In this document: one piece after another, positions 1-8,957 of the stretch
Numbering within the stretch: the stretch's first letter is position 1
Layout: every line of letters begins with the position of its first letter
IMG/VR virus record: IMGVR_UViG_3300027419_000014
Strand: one strand, 5' to 3'
Origin: a virus
DNA: 40,579 nt
Notes under the pieces: generated by a model
The model's input: only the letters and a program-made list of their open reading frames with translations
The model's database searches: none
What the model was told of the DNA's origin: nothing
Program-made: the position numbers and the translations under genes

Positions 1-127
1 ATGTATCATAGACAAAAAGTGAGCCGGCCTGATCTTTTGCACCGTTATATTGTGCTAAAGAATTAGACTCTATATATGATCTAGTTGCAGCATTATATGT
101 GTCTCCATTTACGCCTGGTAAATCGTG
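1..127. repeat. Terminal duplication copy 1 (identical to 40453..40579)
   Basis: Base-by-base comparison of the two window ends gives an exact 127/127 match. This is the overlap expected from assembling a circular or terminally redundant molecule. Confidence 0.95.
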
Positions 128-775
128 ACAATCAGAAAGAGAACCAATTGAACGTGCAGGAGATCCTCCATATAAAGACCAGCATAACGCCGCAATAAGA
201 GGATTATGGTAAACATCTGTGCTTGTCCCGACTGTGGTATAAGCATTTGTTATTATAGATATTGTTCTGGAATTAAGAGTAAGAGCTCCACCGAGAAGAA
301 GTTCAGCCGGCAAAGTCCCATCATTTGCCATTGAAAATGAATGAAAAAATATTTTACGGAGTGCAGGAGTACACCATCCAGAAGCAACAACGCAATCAGC
401 AAGGAATGTAACTGAATCTGTTAATCCATTTGTTTGTGAAGCTACACTCAAAAAACTCCATGAACGCGGACTATAATTTGCTTTTGTTAGCATTGCTGTA
501 GTTAAAGCAGTCCCGCCGGTGCTTAAAACATAAACCTGGTCATCTTGAACGCTTCCGGCAAAAGCAGTTTCAAGAAATTTAATAGTACCAAGAGCCGTTG
601 GATTAGCCGCCGAAAACGCCGCAACCATAGCTGAAGTTACTCTGATAAGTCCTGAATTGGAATCAGGAGTATATCCAGTAATAGTTTCCCGTGTGGCTAC
701 AACCATGCTACGGGGCAATGCACCAAGCGCGCCGGTTGTTGCCTGTGAAACAACTTGTATAAAATTACTTGCCAT
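1..775 (-). CDS. Tail sheath protein, N-terminal part (ORF wraps the window junction and continues at 40452..40067)
   Basis: ATG at 775 on the minus strand. Hand translation (MASNFIQVVSQATTGALGALPRS...) stays open to nt 1. After collapsing the 127-nt duplication it is in frame with ORF 40067..40450, giving 1161 nt and 386 aa. It lies immediately upstream of the tube, chaperone and tape-measure genes. The ORF track misses it because it is split. Confidence 0.6.
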   Translation of the reverse strand, partial: MASNFIQVVSQATTGALGALPRSMVVATRETITGYTPDSNSGLIRVTSAMVAAFSAANPTALGTIKFLETAFAGSVQDDQVYVLSTGGTALTTAMLTKANYSPRSWSFLSVASQTNGLTDSVTFLADCVVASGWCTPALRKIFFHSFSMANDGTLPAELLLGGALTLNSRTISIITNAYTTVGTSTDVYHNPLIAALCWSLYGGSPARSIGSLSDCHDLPGVNGDTYNAATRSYIESNSLAQYNGAKDQAGSLFVYDT

Positions 776-785
776 TTAAAGCACC

Positions 786-1331
786 TCAATCTTCAAAATT
801 TATGCTATCCTCAACAACTTCCATAGCTTTATCAATTGGAACATACTCCATTTTATCCGTAATTACATGAGATACCACGGTCTGACATTTAAAAATTAAA
901 CCTTTTTGTAATATCTCAAGACCACCTTTAAAAGTAAATTCTGGGGTCTCATCGTGATTTAAAACATTTGCTATTCCTGACCAGATTAAATAATCTGGTG
1001 AAACGATTAATTCTCTTGCAGTTTCATATGGTATAAATAAAGCTGCATCGTTTGATCTTTCATGTTTTGCAGCTGTAAAAAAGTTCATGTAATAATCAAA
1101 ATCTGTTAAAGTCCCGCTTCTTACGCTTCCATTCGGCTGTCGTTTTGTTACTCTATAAGTTGATTGAATATAAGGATATTTAACCGGTTGCGCTACAGTA
1201 CCATATTTATAAATCGGGCAAGTAATATCTTGCGCAATTAAAGCAGTGTTTAACACCTTATTCATTTCATAATATTTTTCATTCAGTGTCATTTTCTGCG
1301 CCTGAAATTGGCATTTCATCACATGTCGCAA
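786..1331 (-). CDS. Hypothetical virion protein; possible tail completion/terminator protein by position
   Basis: 181-aa ORF directly upstream of the sheath gene. It overlaps the preceding ORF by 53 nt, so an internal Met (M14 or M23) may be the real start. No motif recognised. Confidence 0.3.
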   Translation of the reverse strand: MRHVMKCQFQAQKMTLNEKYYEMNKVLNTALIAQDITCPIYKYGTVAQPVKYPYIQSTYRVTKRQPNGSVRSGTLTDFDYYMNFFTAAKHERSNDAALFIPYETARELIVSPDYLIWSGIANVLNHDETPEFTFKGGLEILQKGLIFKCQTVVSHVITDKMEYVPIDKAMEVVEDSINFED

Positions 1332-1656
1332 TTACCGTATTATTACTATTTTCTTCAACAGGTGACCAATCTATAACCCTATAAACTTTATCTCCGTGAG
1401 TGATTGAATCTGGTTGGCCTACAGGAGCCGAAGGAATTACAATTGTTACCCCGCCCGTTACTATAATACCAGCCTTTTCAAGTCTTTGAATATCATTTGC
1501 CTGTAAAGCACCAACCGAAGCAGGACTAATTATATATACCGGCGTTACAACCGCTGAACCGTCACCCGCCGAATCGTCAAAAGTAGGATAATTTAGAGTT
1601 ACAGTTTCACTTGATATTCTGTTAGCCGTCAATCCCTGCATCCCCCTTGTTTTCAT
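1279..1656 (-). CDS. Putative head-tail adaptor / head-closure protein
   Basis: 125-aa ORF between the connector-like gene and the tail genes. Size and position are typical of neck proteins. Confidence 0.35.
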   Translation of the reverse strand: MKTRGMQGLTANRISSETVTLNYPTFDDSAGDGSAVVTPVYIISPASVGALQANDIQRLEKAGIIVTGGVTIVIPSAPVGQPDSITHGDKVYRVIDWSPVEENSNNTVIATCDEMPISGAENDTE

Positions 1657-1976
1657 CAGTAACCGGCACCGGACATTAACAATTTAGCCTGTCTTCGTTC
1701 TGTCATTCTGCGTCTAAATCTTTCTGGATCATTTTGAGAAAAAGAAGTTGTTACGCCATTTTGTGAAACGCTTTGAACTTCTGGGAATTTATTATCAACA
1801 GCCAATTTATAACAGGCTGTATCGAGTATCTGTTCGATATAATCATTTTCGGGATAATTCCCAGGCTCTACCTCTCTTTGAGCTGAGAGAAGGTACTCTG
1901 TTATCTCATCAACACTTACGGCTGGATTTGCCAGCCGTAAGGTCAAAGAGGTTATAAAATCAGAGAGAGCGTACAT
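1656..1976 (-). CDS. Putative head-tail connector protein
   Basis: 106-aa ORF immediately after the major capsid gene, sharing 1 nt with the next gene. The call is positional. Confidence 0.35.
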   Translation of the reverse strand: MYALSDFITSLTLRLANPAVSVDEITEYLLSAQREVEPGNYPENDYIEQILDTACYKLAVDNKFPEVQSVSQNGVTTSFSQNDPERFRRRMTERRQAKLLMSGAGY

Positions 1977-1982
1977 GATAGC

Positions 1983-3467
1983 CTATGCGTGTACATCAAA
2001 AACAAGATCAAAAACCTGACCCCGCTGTATAACCATCGGGCCGCCAAAAGTAAGGCTTGCCGCATAAGATGATCTTTGCTCACTTACTACACCTGTAGTT
2101 ACTCTAGGAGTAGCTGTCGCCATAGGAGAAAGAACACCTTTTAAACCTGTAGGTGCGCCGTGTACAACTGCAACAATGTGATTGTACTGCTGAGTACCCA
2201 GAGAGTTTATTCTTGCGTTGAGAAGACCTGAAGTTTTAATTTCAATGTCCCCAATAGTTCCACCGACTGCAAGTTTAAGAGCTTCGCCGAGAGTTCTGTT
2301 AAATGTTCCAGTAGAAAGATATTGAACCAATATCGCATAAAGTCCGGTAGGAACATAAAGAACAACTTTTTTACTAGTTGCTACGTTTGTTAGGGCAATC
2401 AGATTAAGAAGTCTGACAATATCCTGGTAAACATACATTGGGTTTGCTGCTGCTGACAAAGGAGCAATAAGAGCCGCATCATCTGCCGGTTTGTAATTGT
2501 AATTTTTAATCTGCTGTACAAGTTTAGTCGGATTTGAAGCCCAATCGGCAGCTGTAGCCAACGCCGGAGAAGCTGTTCCTGCTGTTCCCAGAGCAAGCAT
2601 AATTGAAGGTGAAAGTAACCCATATTGTCCGGTCTCGCCGTCAAAAGCAGATGCGCCTGTACCGTCTATAAATATTCTTTCAACTGCCTGCATAATCTGC
2701 TGATCAATAACGCTGAAAAGCTGATTCTGGAGAATAAACCCCGCCAGAGCTGGAGCGATTGAGCGAGCATAACCCATAAGAGCCTGCTGCTGTTCGTTTT
2801 CAATTATAAAGCCCTGTGATTCTGTATGAGCTGTTTTAAACTCATTGATAAGAGAGATTTGAGCCAGATTGTTAGAATATGTTCTGTCGTCTCCATAAGG
2901 ATTAAGATCTCCAAGTCTTCCTTTAGATGAACCACTTGATTCTACACGGGGTATTCTGAATCTTGAAATCGCCCCAGCGGAAGCCGCTACTTCTGCGGAA
3001 AGCTGAACCGCGTCCCCTTCCTCAATAAAAGACTGAGTAAAAGTCAATTGTTCAAAAAGCTGTTCTGCAAGTTGCTGAAGTCCTGCAAATTGGTCATATC
3101 CGGGATTTCCAAAATATGCATTAAGTGCAGTGGCTTCGGCAGTCTCAAAAGAGCATCCGGCCTTCATTGCATTTTGTGCGATTGTATTAAGCTTGCCACG
3201 GAGTCCATGTGCCATATCAACAATATGGTCAATTGAAGCACCGCCAAATTTTATTTGTAAACTTTTAAATGCGTCATTGTGACCTTTAGAAACTGGATTC
3301 GCCACATCAAGAAGAGCATTATGCAATGCAATATATTCTTTACGTCCTGCAATTTCATTAATAGGAGCAAGCCCTTCTGTTCTTTTTGAATCCGCATAAC
3401 CATTTCTGATTACAAGCCAATTCCTGAAATTCTGTTCTGCTATTTGCTGAGATGTTATTTTTTTCAT
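1983..3467 (-). CDS. Major capsid protein (probable)
   Basis: 494 aa and one of the largest ORFs of the head module. It follows the scaffold and decoration-like genes and precedes the connector genes. No motif verified by eye. Confidence 0.55.
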   Translation of the reverse strand: MKKITSQQIAEQNFRNWLVIRNGYADSKRTEGLAPINEIAGRKEYIALHNALLDVANPVSKGHNDAFKSLQIKFGGASIDHIVDMAHGLRGKLNTIAQNAMKAGCSFETAEATALNAYFGNPGYDQFAGLQQLAEQLFEQLTFTQSFIEEGDAVQLSAEVAASAGAISRFRIPRVESSGSSKGRLGDLNPYGDDRTYSNNLAQISLINEFKTAHTESQGFIIENEQQQALMGYARSIAPALAGFILQNQLFSVIDQQIMQAVERIFIDGTGASAFDGETGQYGLLSPSIMLALGTAGTASPALATAADWASNPTKLVQQIKNYNYKPADDAALIAPLSAAANPMYVYQDIVRLLNLIALTNVATSKKVVLYVPTGLYAILVQYLSTGTFNRTLGEALKLAVGGTIGDIEIKTSGLLNARINSLGTQQYNHIVAVVHGAPTGLKGVLSPMATATPRVTTGVVSEQRSSYAASLTFGGPMVIQRGQVFDLVFDVHA

Positions 3468-3479
3468 TGTTTACCGTCC

Positions 3480-4019
3480 TTATATCACTAAACTTGTAAG
3501 ACGGGCAAAACAATAGCCTGACTTAAGTTGATTAGTTGTCTGCTGGCCGGGTGTAGTGAAAAATACATAACCAGGGAAAGCAACATTACCGGAAGATGTC
3601 AGAGTAAGAAGTCCGGCTGGAGTTACATAAGAAACTTTTCCAGATACAGGATTGTAACTTGCAAGCATTGGGGCTGCTACAACCGCATCGAGGTCTATAA
3701 TCATAGCCGCCATATCACCGCTTGAATATTCACCAACTGTCTGATTAATTGTTGCACTTGTCTGAGAAGCAGCTTCCAGAAAGCCTACTCCAATTATAGA
3801 ATAAGTATTTGTGCCATCATTATAAGCAGCTGCACCAAGAACAATTTTCATTCCTATGCCGACAAATTCCTGAAGCGTTACAACTGATCCTATCGGGGCT
3901 GTAGTTACTCCTGCACCTGAAGGAATTACAAACGGTACATTATCAACTCTGCGAATGTCAAATTGTACCGCGCCTTTTTTCGGGTTTGTTTCCCCTATTC
4001 CAAGTGTTATACCGGGCAT
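3480..4019 (-). CDS. Hypothetical head protein (decoration or minor capsid candidate)
   Basis: 179-aa Gly/Ala/Thr/Val-rich ORF between the scaffold and capsid genes. Confidence 0.3.
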   Translation of the reverse strand: MPGITLGIGETNPKKGAVQFDIRRVDNVPFVIPSGAGVTTAPIGSVVTLQEFVGIGMKIVLGAAAYNDGTNTYSIIGVGFLEAASQTSATINQTVGEYSSGDMAAMIIDLDAVVAAPMLASYNPVSGKVSYVTPAGLLTLTSSGNVAFPGYVFFTTPGQQTTNQLKSGYCFARLTSLVI

Positions 4020-5212
4020 TAGAACACCTCCGAAGTATGTGAATTAGCCGCACTATCCGGCTTTTTTTCTACCATTTCCGCATATTTCGCATTGACCGCT
4101 ATAATACGGGCTGCCGGGTCAATTTCCTTAATCCCTAGCATATTTGCAAGAGATACAAAAGAAGGTGTTTTTGAACCGAAGTCGATATTAAGAGCAGTAC
4201 CTACAGCCGCTACAAGAGCCTGTGTTGGCTTGGCATTTTCAAGAGTAGTATCTTCTTTGCTATCCTTTGATTTTTTTTCTTTTCCCTCTTCCGCTTCTTC
4301 TTCTGGTGTTTCCTTACCTTCATAAGCTGCGTTTTCAGCTTCTTTTTTCTTCATTTCTTCATTTTCATCTTCAAGGTTTTTTACCTTGTTCTTCAGTTCT
4401 TTAATCTCGTCTTCTGCATTGCGAGCAGCCAGTTCTTCCTTGACCGCATTTTTAACGATTGCGGCTATTTGTTCGGGGGTCATTTCTGCCATACGTTTTT
4501 CCTCACTTTTAGAATCCTCACTTTTATAAATTCCGTCAGTATTTACTACTACGGCGTTATTCACTGGAACAGTATTTCTAACTTGTATTTTATTTTCGGG
4601 ATCTCTTACGCTTTGTGTTAATGCTATATGAGTTACTTTTAAATCATGCGCAATCGCGTTGTATTCCTGTCCGTCTGGAGTTACACCTGATTTTACTTCA
4701 GCTATAAAATCAATAAAAGCACTTGCTCCAAATTTATCTTTATCAATATTTTCATTGATATAATCAACTTGATCTTTTCCTTTAACAACTCCGTCAAGTA
4801 TAGCCGCCTTCTTAATTTCATCATAATGAACTGTAGAAGCCCATCCGTCTATTTTTTTATTTTTTTCATTCGTTGTTGCGCCATGTCCAACTCCTACCAC
4901 AAAAGGAGCGAGTTCAAGATTTTTAAGAAATTTTTTAGATGAAACTTCCTCTGGAGGATAATAAAGATGAATATTTTTACCGGCAAGTCGCGGGTCATTT
5001 ATTTTAAGTTCTTCGGGAGTATAATTTAAAACCCCAACATGTAAAGCTGGTACGGTAATTTTTAATGATGCTATTCTTTCGGAAGTATCATTTTTAACAC
5101 TATACCGAATTTCTGGAATTCGTTTTGTATACTTTCGTTTAACCGGTTTTGGGGCAGGTTTATTTAAAATTCGTCTGATTATTGATTGTATATTCATAGT
5201 TTTTAATCTCAA
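4019..5212 (-). CDS. Scaffolding protein, possibly a protease-scaffold fusion
   Basis: 397 aa with a globular N-terminal half and a highly charged Glu/Lys coiled-coil C-terminal half (EEKRMAEMTPEQIAAIVKNAVKEELAARNAEDEIKELKNKVKNLEDENEEMKKKEAE...). It sits between the Mu-F-like and capsid genes. Confidence 0.45.
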   Translation of the reverse strand: MRLKTMNIQSIIRRILNKPAPKPVKRKYTKRIPEIRYSVKNDTSERIASLKITVPALHVGVLNYTPEELKINDPRLAGKNIHLYYPPEEVSSKKFLKNLELAPFVVGVGHGATTNEKNKKIDGWASTVHYDEIKKAAILDGVVKGKDQVDYINENIDKDKFGASAFIDFIAEVKSGVTPDGQEYNAIAHDLKVTHIALTQSVRDPENKIQVRNTVPVNNAVVVNTDGIYKSEDSKSEEKRMAEMTPEQIAAIVKNAVKEELAARNAEDEIKELKNKVKNLEDENEEMKKKEAENAAYEGKETPEEEAEEGKEKKSKDSKEDTTLENAKPTQALVAAVGTALNIDFGSKTPSFVSLANMLGIKEIDPAARIIAVNAKYAEMVEKKPDSAANSHTSEVF

Positions 5213-5554
5213 CTATTTCCCGCGCCTAACCTTTTCGTCTTCAGCAATTCTTTTTGCTCTATCTCTGCCAATATCCCTGTTAATTTGTTTATCTCTTTGT
5301 ATGGCTAATAAAATGGATCTCTTAAATTCCTCATCAGACATTCCATATTTTTTATTATCAAATCCGAAAGGGTCTTTTTTCTCCATTTCATCATATAGTC
5401 TCAAGAGTTCGGTGTCTGATTTTGCATTCTTTGCAGAAAGTTTTTCAATTTTATTTTTTAATTCTTTTATTTCTCTATCTCTGGAGTTTCCTGCTAATAC
5501 TTCTTTCACTGCGTTTCTTGCTATTGCCGTCAACTGTTCAGGGGAAATATCCAT
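5213..5554 (-). CDS. Small coiled-coil protein, paralogous to a segment of the scaffold
   Basis: 113 aa. PEQLTAIARNAVKEVLAGNSRDREIKELKNKIEKL closely matches PEQIAAIVKNAVKEELAARNAEDEIKELKNKVKNL in ORF 4019..5212. Confidence 0.35.
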   Translation of the reverse strand: MDISPEQLTAIARNAVKEVLAGNSRDREIKELKNKIEKLSAKNAKSDTELLRLYDEMEKKDPFGFDNKKYGMSDEEFKRSILLAIQRDKQINRDIGRDRAKRIAEDEKVRRGK

Positions 5555-5608
5555 TTAAAATCTCCTTTGATTATTTAATGTTACTAATTTCTTATTTTGT
5601 AGCACTTG

Positions 5609-6361
5609 TCAAGCATTTTTTTCATATACAGTGTAATTACGTAATACTTTTTCTCTTTCTGGTGCTATTTCTGCCATACACCGGCAACCAAAATCCGTCC
5701 CTGCATTCCCTTTATGTTCCTTGCCGTATTTTGTAATTGTAGTTGGAGGATCTGCAAACAGAAAACATTTACCGTCAAGCTGCATGTGTGTGTTTCTTAC
5801 CCGTTTATCTTTTTGAGTTCGCCAGAAATATCTATCACTAAAATGTTGAATAATACGCTCATTTATTCCAGTTCCCAAATCATAAGCATTTTCCTCCCCA
5901 TGTTGTTTTGCCAAGTCTTCAAAATTATCTTTAAATGAAAAGACCTTGTAAACAGTTTCATTCTCTTTAGCATCATAAAGCTTATCAATAACCTTTTGAG
6001 CATCTTTCTTGTCTTTAAGTTCTGCGAGGGCTTTTTCAACTAGGTTATTTTGCTTTTCATTTGCAATTACTTTTAAGGTACTTTTAAGTGCTTCCTGTTT
6101 TCTAAGCCATTCGGTAACCCAACCATCCAACGTGCCTCTGTAGACATTCATACCTTTCTGTCTGTAATGCTTTTCAAGTTCGTGCCGGTATTCACGGGAA
6201 AAATGTAAAGCATGTTCGTTATAATCCCATTCTGCTTCCTGATCGGTTGAATCCGTCCAGATAGTATAGGCATAACGGGAAACTGCATTTCGCCATCGAG
6301 GAGCGAGTTTTTCAAAAATATCAATCATCTTCTTTTTCTTTTTTAAATTTTGATAATTCAT
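5609..6361 (-). CDS. Phage Mu F-like / SPP1 gp7-like minor head (morphogenesis) protein
   Basis: The C-terminal motifs WRTQKDKRVRNTHMQLDG and GNAGTDFGCRCM match the conserved R-x-x-H...DG and CRC signature of the Mu F family. The gene lies near the portal. The start could be 6361 or the Met at 6328. Confidence 0.7.
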   Translation of the reverse strand: MNYQNLKKKKKMIDIFEKLAPRWRNAVSRYAYTIWTDSTDQEAEWDYNEHALHFSREYRHELEKHYRQKGMNVYRGTLDGWVTEWLRKQEALKSTLKVIANEKQNNLVEKALAELKDKKDAQKVIDKLYDAKENETVYKVFSFKDNFEDLAKQHGEENAYDLGTGINERIIQHFSDRYFWRTQKDKRVRNTHMQLDGKCFLFADPPTTITKYGKEHKGNAGTDFGCRCMAEIAPEREKVLRNYTVYEKNA

Positions 6362-6512
6362 TTATAGCCAATACTCCTTGGCAAGCATGTATTCCAAATC
6401 TGAAAGATTCGGTAGAAGTATCATTTTTTGTCCCGTGATATTCTATCCATTTATTCCAAGCGTCTACCAATAAATCACTTATTTCTTTTAATTCTTTAGT
6501 TTTAATATTCAT
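6321..6512 (-). CDS. Hypothetical protein
   Basis: 63-aa ORF between the ferritin-like and Mu-F-like genes. Its stop overlaps a candidate ATG of the next gene. Confidence 0.3.
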   Translation of the reverse strand: MNIKTKELKEISDLLVDAWNKWIEYHGTKNDTSTESFRFGIHACQGVLAINELSKFKKEKEDD

Positions 6513-6518
6513 TTAATT

Positions 6519-6845
6519 TTATTTCATCTCTTCTACTTCTTTTGAGCCGTTTATATTCTCTTGTTTATATTCAGGGTCTAAATCCTTTAAAAGAGATTCA
6601 AACTCGCCTATATGTGTTTTTTCTTCTTTGATCACATCCAATAATACTTTTTTAACCAATGGATTTTCTGCCATATCAGCCAAAGAAGTATAAAGATTTA
6701 TTGCGCTTATCTCTGATGCAATAGCCGTTCTCAATATTTGGCTGCAATCAGTAGAACCGGATTCAATTTCAGTAGTAGTAGATAAGTTTAAAAATGATTC
6801 TTTTACTGCGTTCTTTATAGTCATTGTTAATAAGTATTCATTCAT
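6519..6845 (-). CDS. Ferritin-like / rubrerythrin-like half-domain protein (EncFtn-type)
   Basis: 108 aa. ILRTAIASEISAINLYTSLADMAENPLVKKVLLDVIKEEKTHIGEFESLLKDLDPEY carries E45-x6-Y52-x22-E75-x2-H78. This is the two-helix di-iron motif and spacing I recall for encapsulated ferritins. Confidence 0.5.
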   Translation of the reverse strand: MNEYLLTMTIKNAVKESFLNLSTTTEIESGSTDCSQILRTAIASEISAINLYTSLADMAENPLVKKVLLDVIKEEKTHIGEFESLLKDLDPEYKQENINGSKEVEEMK

Positions 6846-6857
6846 GCCATTCCTCTT

Positions 6858-8468
6858 TTAAGATAATGGGCGAGTAAGAATTGATTTTTTACTTTCACCT
6901 GATCTAGGATTATCTTGAATTTCTTCAACTTTAACTAATTTTACATCTTCTGATAGAAGTCCTTCATCTTTAAACGCTTTTTCAAGTTCCGGATAACTTG
7001 CCATTCTTATGAGCGTTTCTACTTTTTTACTGTTTAAATCTGCTTTTTCTTGTTCTGTCTCATCATATATATTTTCAAATACAATGTCAAATTCATCTTC
7101 TTCAATTCCCATTTCTGATAATTCTTTATCATACTGGATCATTGTATTGACCATAAATCTAAGTAAAGGCTCTATCATATTTACTTGATACCGAGAGTTA
7201 ATATTTTCGTTAGTACTTGCAATTTGAAAAGCGGCTTGGCTATACGCTGCATTGCCCCCTCCAAAGAAGTATTCCGGCGCGCACCCGGTGACAGAACCTA
7301 TAAAATCTTTAAAAACTGTGGCAATATCCGCTGTACCTGGAGAAATATTATTATTTAATATGTCGAGAGTCATTCCTTTAGCTTGCTCAATCGGGGTACT
7401 GACACCCATAGTCTGCGAAAGTCTGTTTAATTGAGCTTTCATTTTTGCAAGCATTGTATCAGTACTTATTTCTCCTTCCATTTTTTCAATTATAATTTGG
7501 GAGCGAACAAGCAAAATTTTAAGAATATGAACGTATAAATTCCATGCTTCTGCAGCTGTTCTTAACTGAGGGAGTCTGTTTAAACCTACCCCAAAAAGAG
7601 GCTCAAATCCAGGGCAAGTAAAAAATGCCGAAACTCCATGTTTAAGCTGTGCCCCCATGCAGTAAATGTCCCCCACTTTCATAGGAGAATAAGGCTGTGT
7701 AACTCCTGAATAAGAGCTACCCATTGCATAAGCAAATTGAGTGTCATTAAAAACATTGAAGGTCACGGAGTCCCCCCGCTGAATAGGTACTACGAGAGAA
7801 CCCCGCGGAGAGAGGAGGGAATAAAAGAGGGCATCTTTAATAACGTGTTTTATTTTACGCTTATGAATTAAAGTTTCAACTGCTTCATTAAATTTCTTAT
7901 TCTTGGTCTCGATTGTAGGAAATTTCTTTAAAGCTATTGATAAAGGTCTGTCAACCATTTCGGCCAGTGTCGGCATTGCAAGGTAATCTATATAATTTAT
8001 ACGGTAAGGGGAATAATCAATATAAGACATGAGGGTTGAAGGATCACCAGTCACATTGATCTTTACCGCACCGTCTGCAAAAACTGAGTTAAAAGCCGAT
8101 GTGAATTTACTTTCTGCTACCTGACTTGCTTTAACCAGTTTATCTTTTAAATCTTCTGTAGCGTTTATAATTTCTGTGATATATGGTTTAAATTCACCAC
8201 TTTTTATATTCTTAACCCGATCATGTTCCCGCTGCGCATAGGCATATACAAGATTATTCTGATTTATATTATTATTGCTGTTTTGGCTGTTTTTTATTTC
8301 TTGAAGTTCCCGCATTGCGCTGTTTATAATTCCATCGATATTGTGGACTTCAAAGGCGTTTCTTATTTCAGTTACAAGCTGTTTATTCTGTACAACTTCA
8401 TTTTCGGGAAGTAAGGCCAGTTTTTCTACAGCGTCAACCATTAAGGATAGCTGTTTATATGCGTTCAT
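6858..8468 (-). CDS. Portal protein
   Basis: 536 aa and the largest ORF of the head module. It lies upstream of the Mu-F-like gene, and its size and acidic C-terminus are typical of portals. Confidence 0.65.
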   Translation of the reverse strand: MNAYKQLSLMVDAVEKLALLPENEVVQNKQLVTEIRNAFEVHNIDGIINSAMRELQEIKNSQNSNNNINQNNLVYAYAQREHDRVKNIKSGEFKPYITEIINATEDLKDKLVKASQVAESKFTSAFNSVFADGAVKINVTGDPSTLMSYIDYSPYRINYIDYLAMPTLAEMVDRPLSIALKKFPTIETKNKKFNEAVETLIHKRKIKHVIKDALFYSLLSPRGSLVVPIQRGDSVTFNVFNDTQFAYAMGSSYSGVTQPYSPMKVGDIYCMGAQLKHGVSAFFTCPGFEPLFGVGLNRLPQLRTAAEAWNLYVHILKILLVRSQIIIEKMEGEISTDTMLAKMKAQLNRLSQTMGVSTPIEQAKGMTLDILNNNISPGTADIATVFKDFIGSVTGCAPEYFFGGGNAAYSQAAFQIASTNENINSRYQVNMIEPLLRFMVNTMIQYDKELSEMGIEEDEFDIVFENIYDETEQEKADLNSKKVETLIRMASYPELEKAFKDEGLLSEDVKLVKVEEIQDNPRSGESKKSILTRPLS

Positions 8469-8956
8469 ATTCTGTGCTCCATTATATTATTTAACCGTGC
8501 GAACTCACAATGATATTTAAGAGCGGCGATATTATAAGCAATAGCAGCTTGATCTTTTGTTTTAAATGATCCTAGATAAATATCTTTAAAATTTATACAA
8601 ATTTGTGACCTCCATTTTTTAACTGCTTTATTAAAATAAACTCCCTTATATCCCGAAGTATTATTACTTTTTTTCATTGCATTTCTACTATTTTGTGCAA
8701 TTGTAGATTCTCTTAAATTCAATCTCTGGCAATCAAGTCCATTACCGTTAATATGATCTGTCATATTAAAACCTGTTAACTGCCTATGAAGAGCTATCGT
8801 ATATTGCTTTCTATTTTTCGTAAAATTACGAACTAAATAAAATGTATTTCTGTTTTTTTGTATTTTCCATTTGTATTTTTTAAATTCTTCCCAATCTTCG
8901 TCATCAATTAAGACTTCATGCCTTCCATGGTTTTTACTTTCAATTATAAATATCAT
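8465..8956 (-). CDS. HNH-AP2 homing endonuclease
   Basis: DHINGNGLDCQRLNLRESTIAQNSRN is an HNH_3-type motif. It is followed by GYKGVYFNKAVKKWRSQICINFKDIYLGSFKTKDQAAIAYNIAALKYH, an AP2 DNA-binding domain. The gene overlaps the portal start by 4 nt. Confidence 0.75.
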   Translation of the reverse strand: MIFIIESKNHGRHEVLIDDEDWEEFKKYKWKIQKNRNTFYLVRNFTKNRKQYTIALHRQLTGFNMTDHINGNGLDCQRLNLRESTIAQNSRNAMKKSNNTSGYKGVYFNKAVKKWRSQICINFKDIYLGSFKTKDQAAIAYNIAALKYHCEFARLNNIMEHRI

Positions 8957-8957
8957 T

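Noticed and set aside
1-127. The 127-nt end repeat as a biological direct terminal repeat
   Set aside because: An exact overlap of this kind, interrupting an intact gene, is what assemblers leave on circular contigs. Real terminal repeats normally sit in non-coding packaging regions. Not disproved, and flagged for read-level checking.
5301-5736. Numerous 60-110 aa ORFs antisense to, or nested out of frame in, long genes. Examples: 1748..1957, 2399..2644, 3048..3236, 4092..4325, 5301..5558, 5422..5736, 7252..7434, 25748..25945, 27774..28115, 32684..32926, 37772..37972, 38651..38887
   Set aside because: These are shadow ORFs of an AT-rich genome. They have low-complexity or Cys/Phe/Ile-rich translations and no RBS, and each lies fully inside a better-supported gene.
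6326-6361. A_AAA_AAG slippery heptamer at the 5' end of the Mu-F-like ORF as a second programmed frameshift
   Set aside because: A -1 shift there reaches a stop after a few codons. The heptamer lies upstream of the more likely start at 6328. It is most simply part of the preceding gene's Lys-rich tail.
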